Origin: Histomonas meleagridis 2922-C6/04-290x
Taxonomy: Eukaryota; Protista; Parabasalia
DNA length: 64,000 bases
Reading direction: 5' to 3'
Assembly (NCBI GenBank): GCA_020184695.1
Contig: JAANOX010000224.1
Span: 310,001-374,000, forward strand
Shown: positions 51,233-62,371 of the stretch, piece after piece
Position numbering within the stretch: position 1 is the stretch's first letter
Layout of the letters: each line of letters begins with the position of its first letter
Program-made: the position numbers and the translations under genes
The notes under the pieces: model-generated
Seen by the model: the letters and a program-made list of their open reading frames with translations, nothing else
What the model was told of the DNA's origin: nothing
Databases searched by the model: none

Positions 51233-52672
51233 TTATAAAGAATCGTATTGTTGTGGATCGCTTTGGTACATATTATCCAAGTTTACATCTTTCTCTTGCT
51301 TCGCGGCCCAATCCGCAATGAGCATGTAATTTGGCTGTTCCTTGTAGTCGATGTGATTTGTCAAATTTTCGCTTTCGAAGTAAACAACGGATGGAACGGT
51401 CAAACGTACATCAGATCTGAAAGACGGTGTTTCCTTGTACACATCATAGATGGACCATGGAATCTTTCCGCCCGAATAAAGGATTTTTTCAGCTGCGGCA
51501 ACTGCTTCTTCAGTAAACTCAGCACATTTATCACTTCCCCTTAAGGTGAAGATAACAAATAATGGGCCATTAACAAGGAGATCTTTCATTCCAAGTTCAT
51601 TTACAAGTGCAATGCGATCAAATGCTTCTATTGGCGTTTTGATATACTTGAAAGGTAAGTTACCATCTGAAAATTGAGAAATATCATCACATTCAGCATA
51701 TCCTATTTTGGAAAAGTTGGTTGCAATACAAAGTTGCTTGGGTGCTTTGTCATAACCGAAAAGTGTCAAAAGTGCATTCATTTGTATCGGCTTAGCATAA
51801 ACCATTGAAATCTTTGACTTGTCAAAAGAAATTTCGTTGAGCGAAGGAATCTCAGAATCATCGTCAATAAACTTAACAAGTGTCTTCTTAGAGTGTCCAT
51901 CTTTTTCAAAGAGTGAATTCATATTGTATTTACGAACTTCTGGTTTGGGAAGAGATTTATACCATGAGATCATTTCAGTGGTAGTGGGTTCGCCAATATA
52001 AACTAATGGTTTGCGATCTTGGTTTCTGTAAAGAACTAATGATGGGAATCTGAAATTCCATGATTTAGCTATTTTTTCATCAGAAATTCTTAAAAATTGA
52101 ACATGCTCGTGAATAGCTTCTGACAAGTCAATTGAAGCTCTACCAAATTTGGTTTCATTGTTTGAAAGCATAAAAATAACATCTGACGAATCATACTCAT
52201 CTATTCTTGTTCTTCTATAAACTGCATCAATAGACTCGGAATCGCTAACATCAATATCAGTGAAATGTTGTGATATAAACGAAGAAATGAAACGATCCAT
52301 ATTATCAGAAGAGAATGATCCTATGAATTCTTTGATGTCTGTCTTATTTGAGATGTGGTATAAAGCAGGAAATCCAGGGATTGCAAATTTTCTAGCTGTT
52401 TTATCTCCACTAATGATTGGAATAACATAAAAAATTGCTTTATCTTTATATTTTCTAGCAACCTCTATAAATCTGAGATATCCTGCATCAGGTATACGAT
52501 TATTGTCTGCGTGTAAGAAAAGGAAACAATTTGGAGTTTTTTGTAAAGATTTTTCCCAATCCTTATCGAGAATTTTTCTAAGGAATGAATCATCAAGCTT
52601 GACTCTTGACATTACATTTGGAGTTGAAATACTGAGTTTGGAGAGTGTAACCAATAAATTTAAAACAAACAT
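51233..52672 (-). CDS. secretory-pathway thioredoxin-fold (PDI-like) protein lacking CxxC
   Basis: Signal peptide and repeated thioredoxin-like patterns (GFPALY, FPSLVLY, PSVVYF) with no CxxC. Confidence 0.55.
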   Translation of the reverse strand: MFVLNLLVTLSKLSISTPNVMSRVKLDDSFLRKILDKDWEKSLQKTPNCFLFLHADNNRIPDAGYLRFIEVARKYKDKAIFYVIPIISGDKTARKFAIPGFPALYHISNKTDIKEFIGSFSSDNMDRFISSFISQHFTDIDVSDSESIDAVYRRTRIDEYDSSDVIFMLSNNETKFGRASIDLSEAIHEHVQFLRISDEKIAKSWNFRFPSLVLYRNQDRKPLVYIGEPTTTEMISWYKSLPKPEVRKYNMNSLFEKDGHSKKTLVKFIDDDSEIPSLNEISFDKSKISMVYAKPIQMNALLTLFGYDKAPKQLCIATNFSKIGYAECDDISQFSDGNLPFKYIKTPIEAFDRIALVNELGMKDLLVNGPLFVIFTLRGSDKCAEFTEEAVAAAEKILYSGGKIPWSIYDVYKETPSFRSDVRLTVPSVVYFESENLTNHIDYKEQPNYMLIADWAAKQEKDVNLDNMYQSDPQQYDSL

Positions 52673-52917
52673 TTTTTTTGTTTATCCAAAGTGACAAGTT
52701 TACAAAATAAACGGCTTCTTTGTTTCAAATGCTTTTTGGCATCGCAGATTAACTAAAAATATGTTGTTACGCTTTGCGAAATTGATAAAAGTACACCTAT
52801 TTCATCTCTATTAAAAAAATTCGTTAAGTATAAACTTATAAAATATTTTTTATTCATAATTTCCATTTTTTTTTAATTATCACATTTAACTCCAGACCCC
52901 AATAATAAAAGCCTTTA

Positions 52918-53451
52918 TTATAGTATTTCTTTGGTGTTCATGAGGCTGTCGATGAATGATTGACCAATATTTTCATAATTCTCGTTAGGTAAAAATGTGA
53001 ATTGATTCATATGTGATAACAGCATATCAGTAACTTCTTCTGGTGATGTAAAGACTTGAATTCCAAGCCATTTTTGAAATGTCATCTGATTACCAAATGG
53101 AAGTGATATTGAAGTAATGCGTTTTACACTATGTGTCATTAAGAAAATGTTCTTTTCGAAAAACCTGCGAACACATTCAGTTAAATCACCCAATTTTGAT
53201 GAAATATATAAAAAATCTTCAATTGACATTCCCATTACGTTATCAAAAATTGGTCCAAACCCCTCAACACTTAACGCATTTCCGCCATCAACTTTAGATA
53301 TTGTAAAATAGAAGTGCCATATTGGTCTTAGATCTTCATAAGACATTTTACATTCAGGACATTCAAGAAAACCATCTATGTTTTGGGAGCAATTATCACA
53401 TCTCCTGCAATTAAAAGCAGGTATACATTTTAATGCTTGGTATTTTTCCAT
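52918..53451 (-). CDS. RPA-C-terminal-like OB-fold protein with zinc ribbon
   Basis: C..CDNC...CPEC followed by WHFYFTIS...VEGFGPIFDNVMG. ATG at 53451. Confidence 0.6.
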   Translation of the reverse strand: MEKYQALKCIPAFNCRRCDNCSQNIDGFLECPECKMSYEDLRPIWHFYFTISKVDGGNALSVEGFGPIFDNVMGMSIEDFLYISSKLGDLTECVRRFFEKNIFLMTHSVKRITSISLPFGNQMTFQKWLGIQVFTSPEEVTDMLLSHMNQFTFLPNENYENIGQSFIDSLMNTKEIL

Positions 53452-53559
53452 TTGGCTAAAATAATTAATCACAAAAAAGTTGACAATTTTGTGAGCTCAC
53501 AAATTTTACAAATAAAAAAATAATTTTTGTTTGTTTTTTAAAAAAATTACAAATAATTT

Positions 53560-54252
53560 TTAGTGACCATTAAAACTTATAATTGGCAAGAATAGTTCAA
53601 ACAATTCTTGGTGTTCGGGGCATAGAAGATTTTGTACATTTTTTATTGTATCTTCTCGTGATTGTTGGTGTCTGTTATACAAATTTATTTCAGATATCAT
53701 TTGATTAAAGTCACTGTAGGTAAGTTCTTGTTTTGCAGTTTTAATAAATAATGAACTTTTAGATGTACCCGTAGTTGGAGTTTGTGATGGTTTAGTTCTT
53801 TTTGTTGAAGGGGAGTGAGGCGTAGAAAATGATTGTTTTGAAATTGATTGTTTTGGTTCCAGTTTTATAAATGATTCATATTGAGGTTCTGGTTCTGGTT
53901 GACTGCTAGATATTGCATCTTGTTGATCAAGGAGACCTTTCAGAGATTGGTTAAGTGAGATAAATCGCGATATTTCTTGATCTTTTTGTTGGAGAGTACG
54001 TGAAATAGAAGAATTTATTGTTCGAAGTCTTACAGCTTCTGCATTAGCATCTTCGTATGCAATCTGTAATTGTGTATTTTGCTTTTCTAATTGTTTGATT
54101 CTTTCTTGTAAATCCTGGTTTAAGGCTTCAAGTTCTGTAACCCGGTTTTGCCACATCCTTGATGATGCTGATTGTTGTTGCTTAAATGATTTAACTGCTT
54201 TTTGTAATTGAATCAAAGCTGAATTAAGTTCTTCTTCGGCGCCTAATTCCAT
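53560..54252 (-). CDS. coiled-coil protein with At4g15545-like C-terminal helical domain
   Basis: LFIKTAKQELTYSDFNQMISEINLYNRHQQSREDTI...LFELF matches that domain's pattern as I recall it. Confidence 0.6.
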   Translation of the reverse strand: MELGAEEELNSALIQLQKAVKSFKQQQSASSRMWQNRVTELEALNQDLQERIKQLEKQNTQLQIAYEDANAEAVRLRTINSSISRTLQQKDQEISRFISLNQSLKGLLDQQDAISSSQPEPEPQYESFIKLEPKQSISKQSFSTPHSPSTKRTKPSQTPTTGTSKSSLFIKTAKQELTYSDFNQMISEINLYNRHQQSREDTIKNVQNLLCPEHQELFELFLPIISFNGH

Positions 54253-54426
54253 CCTAAAAATAAACGGCCTTGACGGTTATTTCTCGTTTTCCTTTTTCTT
54301 GCCGAAATTTCCATGTATAAGTTCTCATTTTGCTATGATCGTCAATGAAATTATTTATAATTTAGATATATATATATATAAAGAGAAAATGTAGAAATTG
54401 AAGATAATATTTAATTAAAAAACATT

Positions 54427-54777
54427 TTAGTTTTGATCTGCTCTGTAATCATCAACTTTAAATTCATCTGTTTCTTCATATAAGACATCACGAATCTGCT
54501 GTAAGAGAGGGTGTTTCCATTGATTTTGAACACCCAATTTTTCCAGTAGCCATAGTTTAGAAAGATATATTTGCTTTTCATAAAGCAATCCAATCATTCC
54601 CTTTTTTAATTCTGTATCAGCCTCTATATAAGCATCATAACCTTCAAGCATTGCATTTAGCCTTTTTAGTTGATCTTGTGTTATTTTCACTTCTCCGTTG
54701 TCTACTTTTGTTTTTAATTCTTTTGCACGTTGCCAAATTTCTTCTTCATTTGTTTTGTCTGCTTCCATTAATTCCAA
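54427..54777 (-). CDS. hypothetical protein (116 aa)
   Basis: ATG ORF with helical composition, head-to-head with RPL30. Confidence 0.65.
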   Translation of the reverse strand: MELMEADKTNEEEIWQRAKELKTKVDNGEVKITQDQLKRLNAMLEGYDAYIEADTELKKGMIGLLYEKQIYLSKLWLLEKLGVQNQWKHPLLQQIRDVLYEETDEFKVDDYRADQN

Positions 54778-54810
54778 ATTAGGAACCGTTTAAAAATTCA
54801 TAGTGGCAGA

Positions 54811-54843
54811 AACGGTTTTATTGACGGTTATGGTCTGGCCTTT
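54811..54843 (+). promoter_or_regulatory. two M3-like (ACGGTT) elements plus M5 (CCTTT)
   Basis: AACGGTTTTATTGACGGTTATGGTCTGGCCTTT-ATCAAG-ATG. Confidence 0.7.
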
Positions 54844-54849
54844 ATCAAG

Positions 54850-55188
54850 ATGGGACGCAAGAACATCACAAAAGCTCGTGAATCCATCATTAGCAGCCTC
54901 AGCCTTGTTACCAAATCTGGAAAGTACAGCCTTGGCATTGAACAGACTTTAAGAACACTCCGTTCAGGTCAAGCCAAACTTGTTATCTTTGCATCAAACA
55001 TTGCTCCATCACAAAAGTCCCTCATCGAATACTATGCTATGCTTAGCCAATGCGATATTCTTCCTTTTGATGGAGATAATGTAGATCTTGGAACAGCCTG
55101 TGGTAAATATTTCCGTTCATCTGTTATCACAATCATTGATGCAGGTGAATCTGAAATTCTCAAAATGATCAAGGAAAAGTCCGAGTAA
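54850..55188 (+). CDS. RPL30: 60S ribosomal protein L30
   Basis: LVTKSGKYSLG...IEYYAMLS...LGTACGKYFR...IIDAGESEI. Confidence 0.96.
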   Translation: MGRKNITKARESIISSLSLVTKSGKYSLGIEQTLRTLRSGQAKLVIFASNIAPSQKSLIEYYAMLSQCDILPFDGDNVDLGTACGKYFRSSVITIIDAGESEILKMIKEKSE

Positions 55189-55575
55189 ACACAAAATGAT
55201 AACTAATTTTATTTTTTGATAATTAGTTTATTTCAATTTATTGCAAAGTTGTTCGCTTATACTCACAAGTGGTTCACATTACCTGTTTATAATTATGAAA
55301 GTTTTTCAAAGAGATTACATTAATTTGTGATAAAATCTGTTACTTATTTTTCTCTTTTAATACGTACTAAATAACTAGAGTGGAATTAGTACATTCCATA
55401 TTTTCAAAATTTTATTGTGAATCTTATAAATTTTTTTGTGAATAAATTGATTATGAAAAATTATAAAAACTTGCCAAACTCCTTTATTAAAAACGTTACT
55501 ACTTTTAAAGGAATATTCACCAAAAATCAATTTTATTTTTTGATTTATTGAGTCCGAAATTAGCCTTAATTTGAG

Positions 55576-56265
55576 CTAGACAAATGCTTTTCTCCTAAGT
55601 CCTCCAGGCACTGAGAACTTGATAGAAATGCGAGCATTATAAATTGATGCTCCGTCCATTTCTTTGAACGCTTCAGCAGATCCTCTTATATCCCAATACT
55701 CTATAAAACGCTGCATTGGCTTTTGTGGCGTTCCACGAATTTGTTTTATTTCGCCGAATTTCGAAAACACTTTGGATAATTGCTGATTATTTATCGAAGG
55801 CGTCAAATGAAATAGAACAATTGTCCCATTGTTAATTGGTTCTGATCCAGGGAGAGACTTTGGAACAGAATATTTAACAGTAATTTCACGATCTCCTATT
55901 TTCATTCCATTAAACATATCATGGAACATTACTGAATGCCTTAAATCAAAGAATTCCATATGGACAGATCCATCACTGTTCATTTCGAAATAATTCAATA
56001 CTGTTGGGGGATTTATTAATTCATGCATATTTTCTTGTGTAAATTTTTTTTCAAGATTATAAACCTCAACAGAGCGGCTTTCAAGTTCGGAAGGAGATGT
56101 CACCTCTCTATCAGGTCTATTGATTACAGGAATTGGTGGATTTGGAGGTGCTTCAAATGTAGGGATCTTTAACAAAGAGTACTGGTTAAGATCATTTGGT
56201 GAAAAGCTCCTCCCATAACTTGGAGGAGTTTCGATGAAGAATCCCCAGTCTTCGTCTGTTGTCAT
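55576..56265 (-). CDS. two-RRM protein, Mei2-like RRM1/RRM2
   Basis: GTIVLFHL...FGEIKQIRGTP...FIEYWDIR and EFFDLR resemble Mei2-like RRMs. Confidence 0.75.
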   Translation of the reverse strand: MTTDEDWGFFIETPPSYGRSFSPNDLNQYSLLKIPTFEAPPNPPIPVINRPDREVTSPSELESRSVEVYNLEKKFTQENMHELINPPTVLNYFEMNSDGSVHMEFFDLRHSVMFHDMFNGMKIGDREITVKYSVPKSLPGSEPINNGTIVLFHLTPSINNQQLSKVFSKFGEIKQIRGTPQKPMQRFIEYWDIRGSAEAFKEMDGASIYNARISIKFSVPGGLRRKAFV

Positions 56266-56971
56266 TGAAGAAATGGAATGAAACGTTATATACGGTTATG
56301 CTATTCAAATCTGAAGAAGAATTGAATCGCAAAAATTTTATGCGGGAGTTGTAAAATCAATCTTTACAGCTGTAAAGCTTATAATTTAATTGAAAATTTT
56401 GAATGGTTCAAAATTTTGACTTTTTGTAGGCACAGTTCGAGATTTTGTGTAAAATAATTTCAATTTTTCATTTCATACCATTAATTCTTCGCTTATATAA
56501 TGATATTATCAATATGTTTTTATAACAATACGTGAAGGCGTGCTTCTTATTTCGGACAATAATTAAATTATCAATATTTAACAGGTCTATTATGTGGATG
56601 TAAGAGGTGTTCGAAGGACAGCAGTCAATTGAACCAGAAGATTTTTACACACAATTTTGTGATGTTTACACTAAGAAATTTCACGAACAATTATAAAAAA
56701 TGCCTCTTGTCACAATAATTTACATCACTAATAATAAAATGCCTTTTTTTAAAACGTATTGATTGATACTAATTTATCATTACCTTTCATACTTTTTTTA
56801 TCAATCCAAAACAGGAAACCATCCAATCTTTTTTCTTTGATGGATGTTACCAGAATGTATTTGAATCAATAGAAAAAGTCAACATTTTAATTTCAAAGCA
56901 TTACACAACCTCCTCACATCTTTTATCGTTTAGAGGACGTTTATTATTCACAAAACCGTTTAAGGAAAGCG

Positions 56972-57343
56972 ATGGAACCAGAAAGCCGCACAATTCTTCC
57001 TATCTTAACTCTGAGCCCAAAAAAAAGATATTACTTGTTGGAAGCAGAACCTTATTCAAACGAAATAATATTAAACAAAAAAGATGTTATTGATGGAATT
57101 AATAAAAATCTCTTAAGATTATTCGGAACTGCAGAAATCAACAATATACCAATTGATGTCATCGAAAAAGATACTAATATGTTTGTTGTTTCAACAGACA
57201 TATCAAAATCTGTCGCTCTTAGATCTGGCTTATTATTATCTCCAAACAATTCGCGAATTCATAACTTTAGAGTTCTTTCTGAGGCATCCTTTCTTCAATC
57301 CCTTTTACATGATAGTCGTCTATACTTCTCACCTTTGCTATAA
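56972..57343 (+). CDS. RNase P/MRP subunit, Rpp14/Pop5 family
   Basis: KKRYYLL...LRLFG...LRSGLLL...FRVLSEASFLQSL. Confidence 0.6.
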   Translation: MEPESRTILPILTLSPKKRYYLLEAEPYSNEIILNKKDVIDGINKNLLRLFGTAEINNIPIDVIEKDTNMFVVSTDISKSVALRSGLLLSPNNSRIHNFRVLSEASFLQSLLHDSRLYFSPLL

Positions 57344-58049
57344 TATGATGTTTTTTTGGTATAAATAAGTAACTCATTTCCCGAGAATTTATTAAAAATA
57401 AAATTTAACATCTCTAATTGATCCAAAAAGGCCATCTAAAAAAATTAGGAACATTTTCTGATAAATAAATGTTAATATTAAGATATTTTTTTGATCAGAA
57501 ACAATATAGGAAATTTTAAAATAATTTTTATGCACACACATTAAAAAGATTAATTATTTAGATTTATCTCTCAGATTATGTCATTTATTATTACGTTAAA
57601 TGTGATTATCTGCTACAGAAAAACAATTAACAAATGAGATTCTTTCCACAATTCATTAAAGCCATTTCTTGTAAAATTTTTTTCATCATGAAAAATGCTT
57701 TTTTTTAAGTGCAATCATTTTTGCATTCTCTTCCAATTATCTTCAATAACCATCCATTTTTAGAGTAGAGGTATTCATAAATACATAGCCCCTGTAAGGA
57801 TACTGATTATTGGAACGTTTACATCTTTTTCTTTGCTTGTGATGCGTCAAGATTGTGAGTCTTATTTCAAATAAAATCATCCTCAAATTCCCAAAAGCAA
57901 TAACTTTTCAAAAGGAAATGTGGATCAGCCACTGAAAAATCAGTGCAGATAAACGGTTTGCCTCAATTATTGTTTTTGTTTACATTAAGTTTGAAAGATT
58001 TCAGCGGTTTTTGCTTGGTCCTTTGCCGATTCAAATACCCACAAAGCAA

Positions 58050-59240
58050 ATGCTTCCAATAAATAGAGGAGAGGCTCCGCATACTAACAAAGAAGTTGGT
58101 AAACTTGGAGATGTTAAATATTATAATTCTTCTTATACATCTTTTCCTCGTCATGAACTTAATCCACCTGACCAAGACTATGCTCGTGAACGTTTTAATG
58201 CAATCAATCACAACACAAAAGAAGGTGTAAAACCAATGACCAAAGAAGAACAAGAATTCGAAAGAAGTTTAAATTGGAAATTAATCAAAAAATTCACAAT
58301 GGCTATCTTCAAAATGGATGTAACAAGGTTTAGTTTCCCTGTTGGTTATAACGAGCCTCGTACTTTCCTTGAGCGCTCAGCTGATCTTTTTGGTTTTCTT
58401 ACCCAAATTTATTTGGATCGTGCCGAAAATTGTAATGATCCCTCAATGCGTCTTGCCAACGTTGCTGTTGGTATTGCTGCTGGGTATCATTATTATCTTC
58501 AGCAAAAGAAGCCATGGAATCCAGTTCTTGGAGAAACATATATCGGAAGATGGGAAAATGATGTTACTATCTATGGTGAGCAAACTAGCCACCACCCACC
58601 AGTTTCACAAATCCAAATTGTGACACCTAATAACAAATGGAAGATTAATGCCAAATTCAATTTTGCTATTGACACTGGTATTACACGTATTGATATTCTC
58701 CAAAAGGGACTCACTGAACTTGAGTTTGGTGATGGAACTCATATCGAATGGGAATTCCCAATTATTGCTGTTACAGGATTACTTCATGGAGATCGCGTTG
58801 TTAAAGTTAGCGGCGTTGTTGAGATCAAAGATACAACACATAACCTTATTGCAGTGATTGATGTTAATCCTACACCATCAAAAACAAATGGAATTAAGAA
58901 ATCTCGACCAACCACAATATATGGTGGAGTTGCACCAATTCCATCCAACGTTGATAAAAAGGAAAAGAAATCCCTTCAGTTCAACCCAGTTATCAAAGGC
59001 GATTATTGTGATAAATTATTTATCGGAGATGAAAAAGCTTGGGACATTAATGAGAACATTGTCAAGAGACCAAACAAGCAAGTCGATGATGACGAAATTT
59101 TACCATCAGATTGCAGATATCGAATTGATAGAGGATATCTTATTGAAGGTAATATGGATGTTGCTGACAAAGCCAAGACTATTATGGAAGAGTGTCAGCG
59201 TCACGACTATAAACTTAGGGAAAGCATTCCTAAACATTAG
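58050..59240 (+). CDS. oxysterol-binding protein (ORD-only)
   Basis: FPVGYNEPRTFLER, KKPWNPVLGET, EQTSHHPPVS. ATG at 58050. Confidence 0.93.
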   Translation: MLPINRGEAPHTNKEVGKLGDVKYYNSSYTSFPRHELNPPDQDYARERFNAINHNTKEGVKPMTKEEQEFERSLNWKLIKKFTMAIFKMDVTRFSFPVGYNEPRTFLERSADLFGFLTQIYLDRAENCNDPSMRLANVAVGIAAGYHYYLQQKKPWNPVLGETYIGRWENDVTIYGEQTSHHPPVSQIQIVTPNNKWKINAKFNFAIDTGITRIDILQKGLTELEFGDGTHIEWEFPIIAVTGLLHGDRVVKVSGVVEIKDTTHNLIAVIDVNPTPSKTNGIKKSRPTTIYGGVAPIPSNVDKKEKKSLQFNPVIKGDYCDKLFIGDEKAWDINENIVKRPNKQVDDDEILPSDCRYRIDRGYLIEGNMDVADKAKTIMEECQRHDYKLRESIPKH

Positions 59241-59280
59241 AATATTCTATTAAAATTTGATTTTTTCTAATTTCTTATTT

Positions 59281-60348
59281 TTATTTCTGTTCTTGTTTAG
59301 CCTTCAGCGAAGCGACAATTTGTTCTGTCGAGGGTACATTACTCTTTTGGAGGTCTGCCTCGGTGACGGTTTGAATTTCCTCGACGGTTTGGAGTGCCCC
59401 GTCGACCGTTTTCTTGTTGAGTTCTTTTTGTTTTCTTCGTTTTTCACCTGTTTTATGTTTCAGGAAATATTCACCGCTTTCAATTTGTCGATCGATTTCG
59501 GTGTCTTTCGGATAATCCGGTAAAATGTTCTTGTTTCTAATTTTTCTCTTGAACTTCTTCTTCTTTTTGTTCATCTTCTTGAATTTGGGTAGAAAACGGT
59601 CCCAGTCTTGATTGGCGAGCTCGGGGCGCTTCATGAGGTCGCGCTTGACCATAAGCGTCTTAATGTGGTACACGGGATGGATGTTATTCATACAATCTGT
59701 GGCTACTTTCTGAACTGTTCTTAATCCTTCTGGTGGTCCGATCGCGGCAACTGTATGTCCTTGTACTAAGATATAACACTTGGTAAGAAGTTCTAAAGCT
59801 TTAAGCGTATCACCATTGGGGCCAATTAAACGTTGGCGACGTTTAATAAAGCGTTCTGTATTTCTGATATCACGACCAATGACAATGATCATTGACTCAA
59901 CGTCATCATCAAGAACACGAACCGCATTTTCAAATGGTACTGATCGTGCTAATAACTTGATTAAATCGCGACATCGGATAATTGCACATGGATCCCAGGT
60001 TTCATTGGTGGTACGAACAACCATAACACCATCTTTGGTATCAAGAGTACAATCAATCCCCAAAGTTTTAAGTTTTTCTTCAACTTTGGGCCAAATATCA
60101 GTCAGATAACGTTCGCGATAATGAGGAAATAGAACTGCAAATGAAGACTCTTCTAAGAGAGGGTGTTTCATATCCCCTTTTTGAAATGGGCGCAGAAATT
60201 CTGGATCAAGTTCCTGCTGCTCCATTTTTTCTTTGGTCTTCCGATTAACGGTTGCTAATAAACGGCTTCCATAAAAATCTTCTTTTGGGTGAAATGTATT
60301 GTTTGATGAAAACATGATGCATTCTGTATTTAACTTACTTATGTTCAA
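59281..60348 (-). CDS. KRR1: KRR1 small-subunit processome KH-domain protein
   Basis: EESSFAVLFP.YRE.YL, RQRLIGPNG.TLKALELLT, HPVYHIK, WDRFLPKFKK. The track start is TTG; the true ATG is 60315 or 60225. Confidence 0.95.
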   Translation of the reverse strand: MNISKLNTECIMFSSNNTFHPKEDFYGSRLLATVNRKTKEKMEQQELDPEFLRPFQKGDMKHPLLEESSFAVLFPHYRERYLTDIWPKVEEKLKTLGIDCTLDTKDGVMVVRTTNETWDPCAIIRCRDLIKLLARSVPFENAVRVLDDDVESMIIVIGRDIRNTERFIKRRQRLIGPNGDTLKALELLTKCYILVQGHTVAAIGPPEGLRTVQKVATDCMNNIHPVYHIKTLMVKRDLMKRPELANQDWDRFLPKFKKMNKKKKKFKRKIRNKNILPDYPKDTEIDRQIESGEYFLKHKTGEKRRKQKELNKKTVDGALQTVEEIQTVTEADLQKSNVPSTEQIVASLKAKQEQK

Positions 60349-60599
60349 ATTATTTTAGCAATATGCAATTTCCTCTAAATCCTCTTAAATTGTGATGAAT
60401 CTTTTGGAAAAAATAAATAACATTTCTTTAAAGATATCTCTCACACTTGTTATTATAGTAACTTCCATTTGTAGAAACTGCCTTGAAAAATATGTAGATC
60501 GACAACAAAATCTGAAATAAATCATTAATTTTTATATAGTTTGTTAGCAAATAGAAATTTTAATACACCTTCAGTCCCAAAAATATTATTTAATTGTGT

Positions 60600-62075
60600 T
60601 TAATTGTTTATATCATCGCCCCAAGTTTTATAATAAAAAATTGGCGCGCCTATTTGTGTTAAAATTTCGGCTTCTGTCAATTGAACAAAGTTTGGCGCCT
60701 TGAGAACGGATGGAATTTCTCCAAAGCCTTTGATGATACGGTAGTTCTTAAATGGTGAAACAGGAGAATATGCTTGGAATTTATAGCCATTGGCTTGAAT
60801 TTGAGTTTCTTTGAATCCATCTTTGGAATGTGGAGTATATTGTTTACAAGCAATGCTGAGAAGAGGCTTTGTATATGTGTAATCAGAGCGAGTAAAATCA
60901 AGATCAGAAATGGGTTTTGTTTCAACAGTATATTCGTTAGCAACCTCATGATGATTTTCTAATATAATTTTTTTGGTAATAATCGCAATGTTATTATCTT
61001 TTGTTAAAGAAATACAATATGGCATGAGAATGAACTGATCGGAATGAGCTTCAATTTCTGCAAGTTTCACGACATTGTCTATAAATAATTCATGAGAAAT
61101 TGGATTATATAAAGTTAACTCGTTTACACCCATTGTCAAAATCCCTTTGCCTGGTAGCAAGATTGATGTGCTATTAAAAATTTGGAATCGTTCTAAATTT
61201 TCGTCAACTAAATGAAGATTAAATTCATCATCAGATTTCTCGATTCGATACAAATAAGGGTTAATTGAAACATATTGTTGGCCTTCGAAGTTAATGGTGT
61301 TGAGTATTGTTTGATACTTCTGCGTTTGGAAACGATTGAATTCTGAGTAAATTGGTCTGAATGGAATTCTTTCTCCTGTCGAAGAAATACATTGAGCTTT
61401 CAACTGCACAATTTCATTCTCAGTGATTCGAAATACAAGTCCATAAATCACAAAATAAAAGAAATTTTCTCTCCGAATTATAATGGGATCATACCTTCCT
61501 GAAATTTCAAAGTTAATTGGTGCGCTTTTGAAGGTTGTTATGATTGTGTCTCCTATACGGAGCGCAAGAACAAGCTCTGAATTATTTCCTGTCTTATATA
61601 TGAGAAATAAAGGTGATTCATTATATGATAATTGAATCAAATCGCCTCTAAAAAACGGATATCTTAAAAGAAAAGCATAATCACTACTTTCTGTTATTTG
61701 TCGGCGATTTGAACGCTGTAAAAATTTAATTCCTTTTTCATTTTCAATGATTTCTCCCAAAGAAAGAATTGTCCTTATTTCATTTTTTGGAGCTTTTGAA
61801 ATCTTTTGTTGGCGCAACTGAGAACTTTTGTTTGCCATCATTTGCACTTGGGGATAAAATGAAAAAAATTGTGGGAAAAATGGTATCCCATAAAAAGGAA
61901 GATATTGATATGGATACATGTATGGTATGTAACCGCCATAAAGAGGGAAACAATATAACGGAAATGAATAACAGACTATTGAAACATTCCCTTCATTTGG
62001 AACTAGGATCATTTGTTTATTATCTTCTTCTTTTATATCAGCAGAAGCTCCGTGTTTGCTGTGTTGGTTACTCAT
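60600..62075 (-). CDS. hypothetical protein with Tyr/Pro/Phe-rich N-terminal segment
   Basis: ATG at 62075 with AACGGT just upstream; no family recognised. Confidence 0.7.
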   Translation of the reverse strand: MSNQHSKHGASADIKEEDNKQMILVPNEGNVSIVCYSFPLYCFPLYGGYIPYMYPYQYLPFYGIPFFPQFFSFYPQVQMMANKSSQLRQQKISKAPKNEIRTILSLGEIIENEKGIKFLQRSNRRQITESSDYAFLLRYPFFRGDLIQLSYNESPLFLIYKTGNNSELVLALRIGDTIITTFKSAPINFEISGRYDPIIIRRENFFYFVIYGLVFRITENEIVQLKAQCISSTGERIPFRPIYSEFNRFQTQKYQTILNTINFEGQQYVSINPYLYRIEKSDDEFNLHLVDENLERFQIFNSTSILLPGKGILTMGVNELTLYNPISHELFIDNVVKLAEIEAHSDQFILMPYCISLTKDNNIAIITKKIILENHHEVANEYTVETKPISDLDFTRSDYTYTKPLLSIACKQYTPHSKDGFKETQIQANGYKFQAYSPVSPFKNYRIIKGFGEIPSVLKAPNFVQLTEAEILTQIGAPIFYYKTWGDDINN

Positions 62076-62371
62076 GTTAAAAATAACGGTTTTTGAAAAA
62101 AAGAAAAAGAAAAAATTTTGAATGTTTCTAATTAGTTTGGAACGAAAATAACACAAGCTTTCGATTATCAACTAAAGGGAATTACATCATTTGTTGGTTC
62201 AATCCAAAAAAGTCAAAATTTGAAAATTGAAAAAATATGATTAATTCAATTTCAAAATTAATTTTTGCTTTAAATATTTACTTAAGTATTACACCAGAGC
62301 AACCAAGCAAAAAAACAAAATATTAATAATTAAGAACATTTTTATTTATATTTAATAATAAAATTTATCTG

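Noticed and set aside
58083-58095. ACTAACAAAGAAG as an intron branch/acceptor site in the OSBP gene
   Set aside because: There is no matching nearby GT donor and the ORF is continuous.
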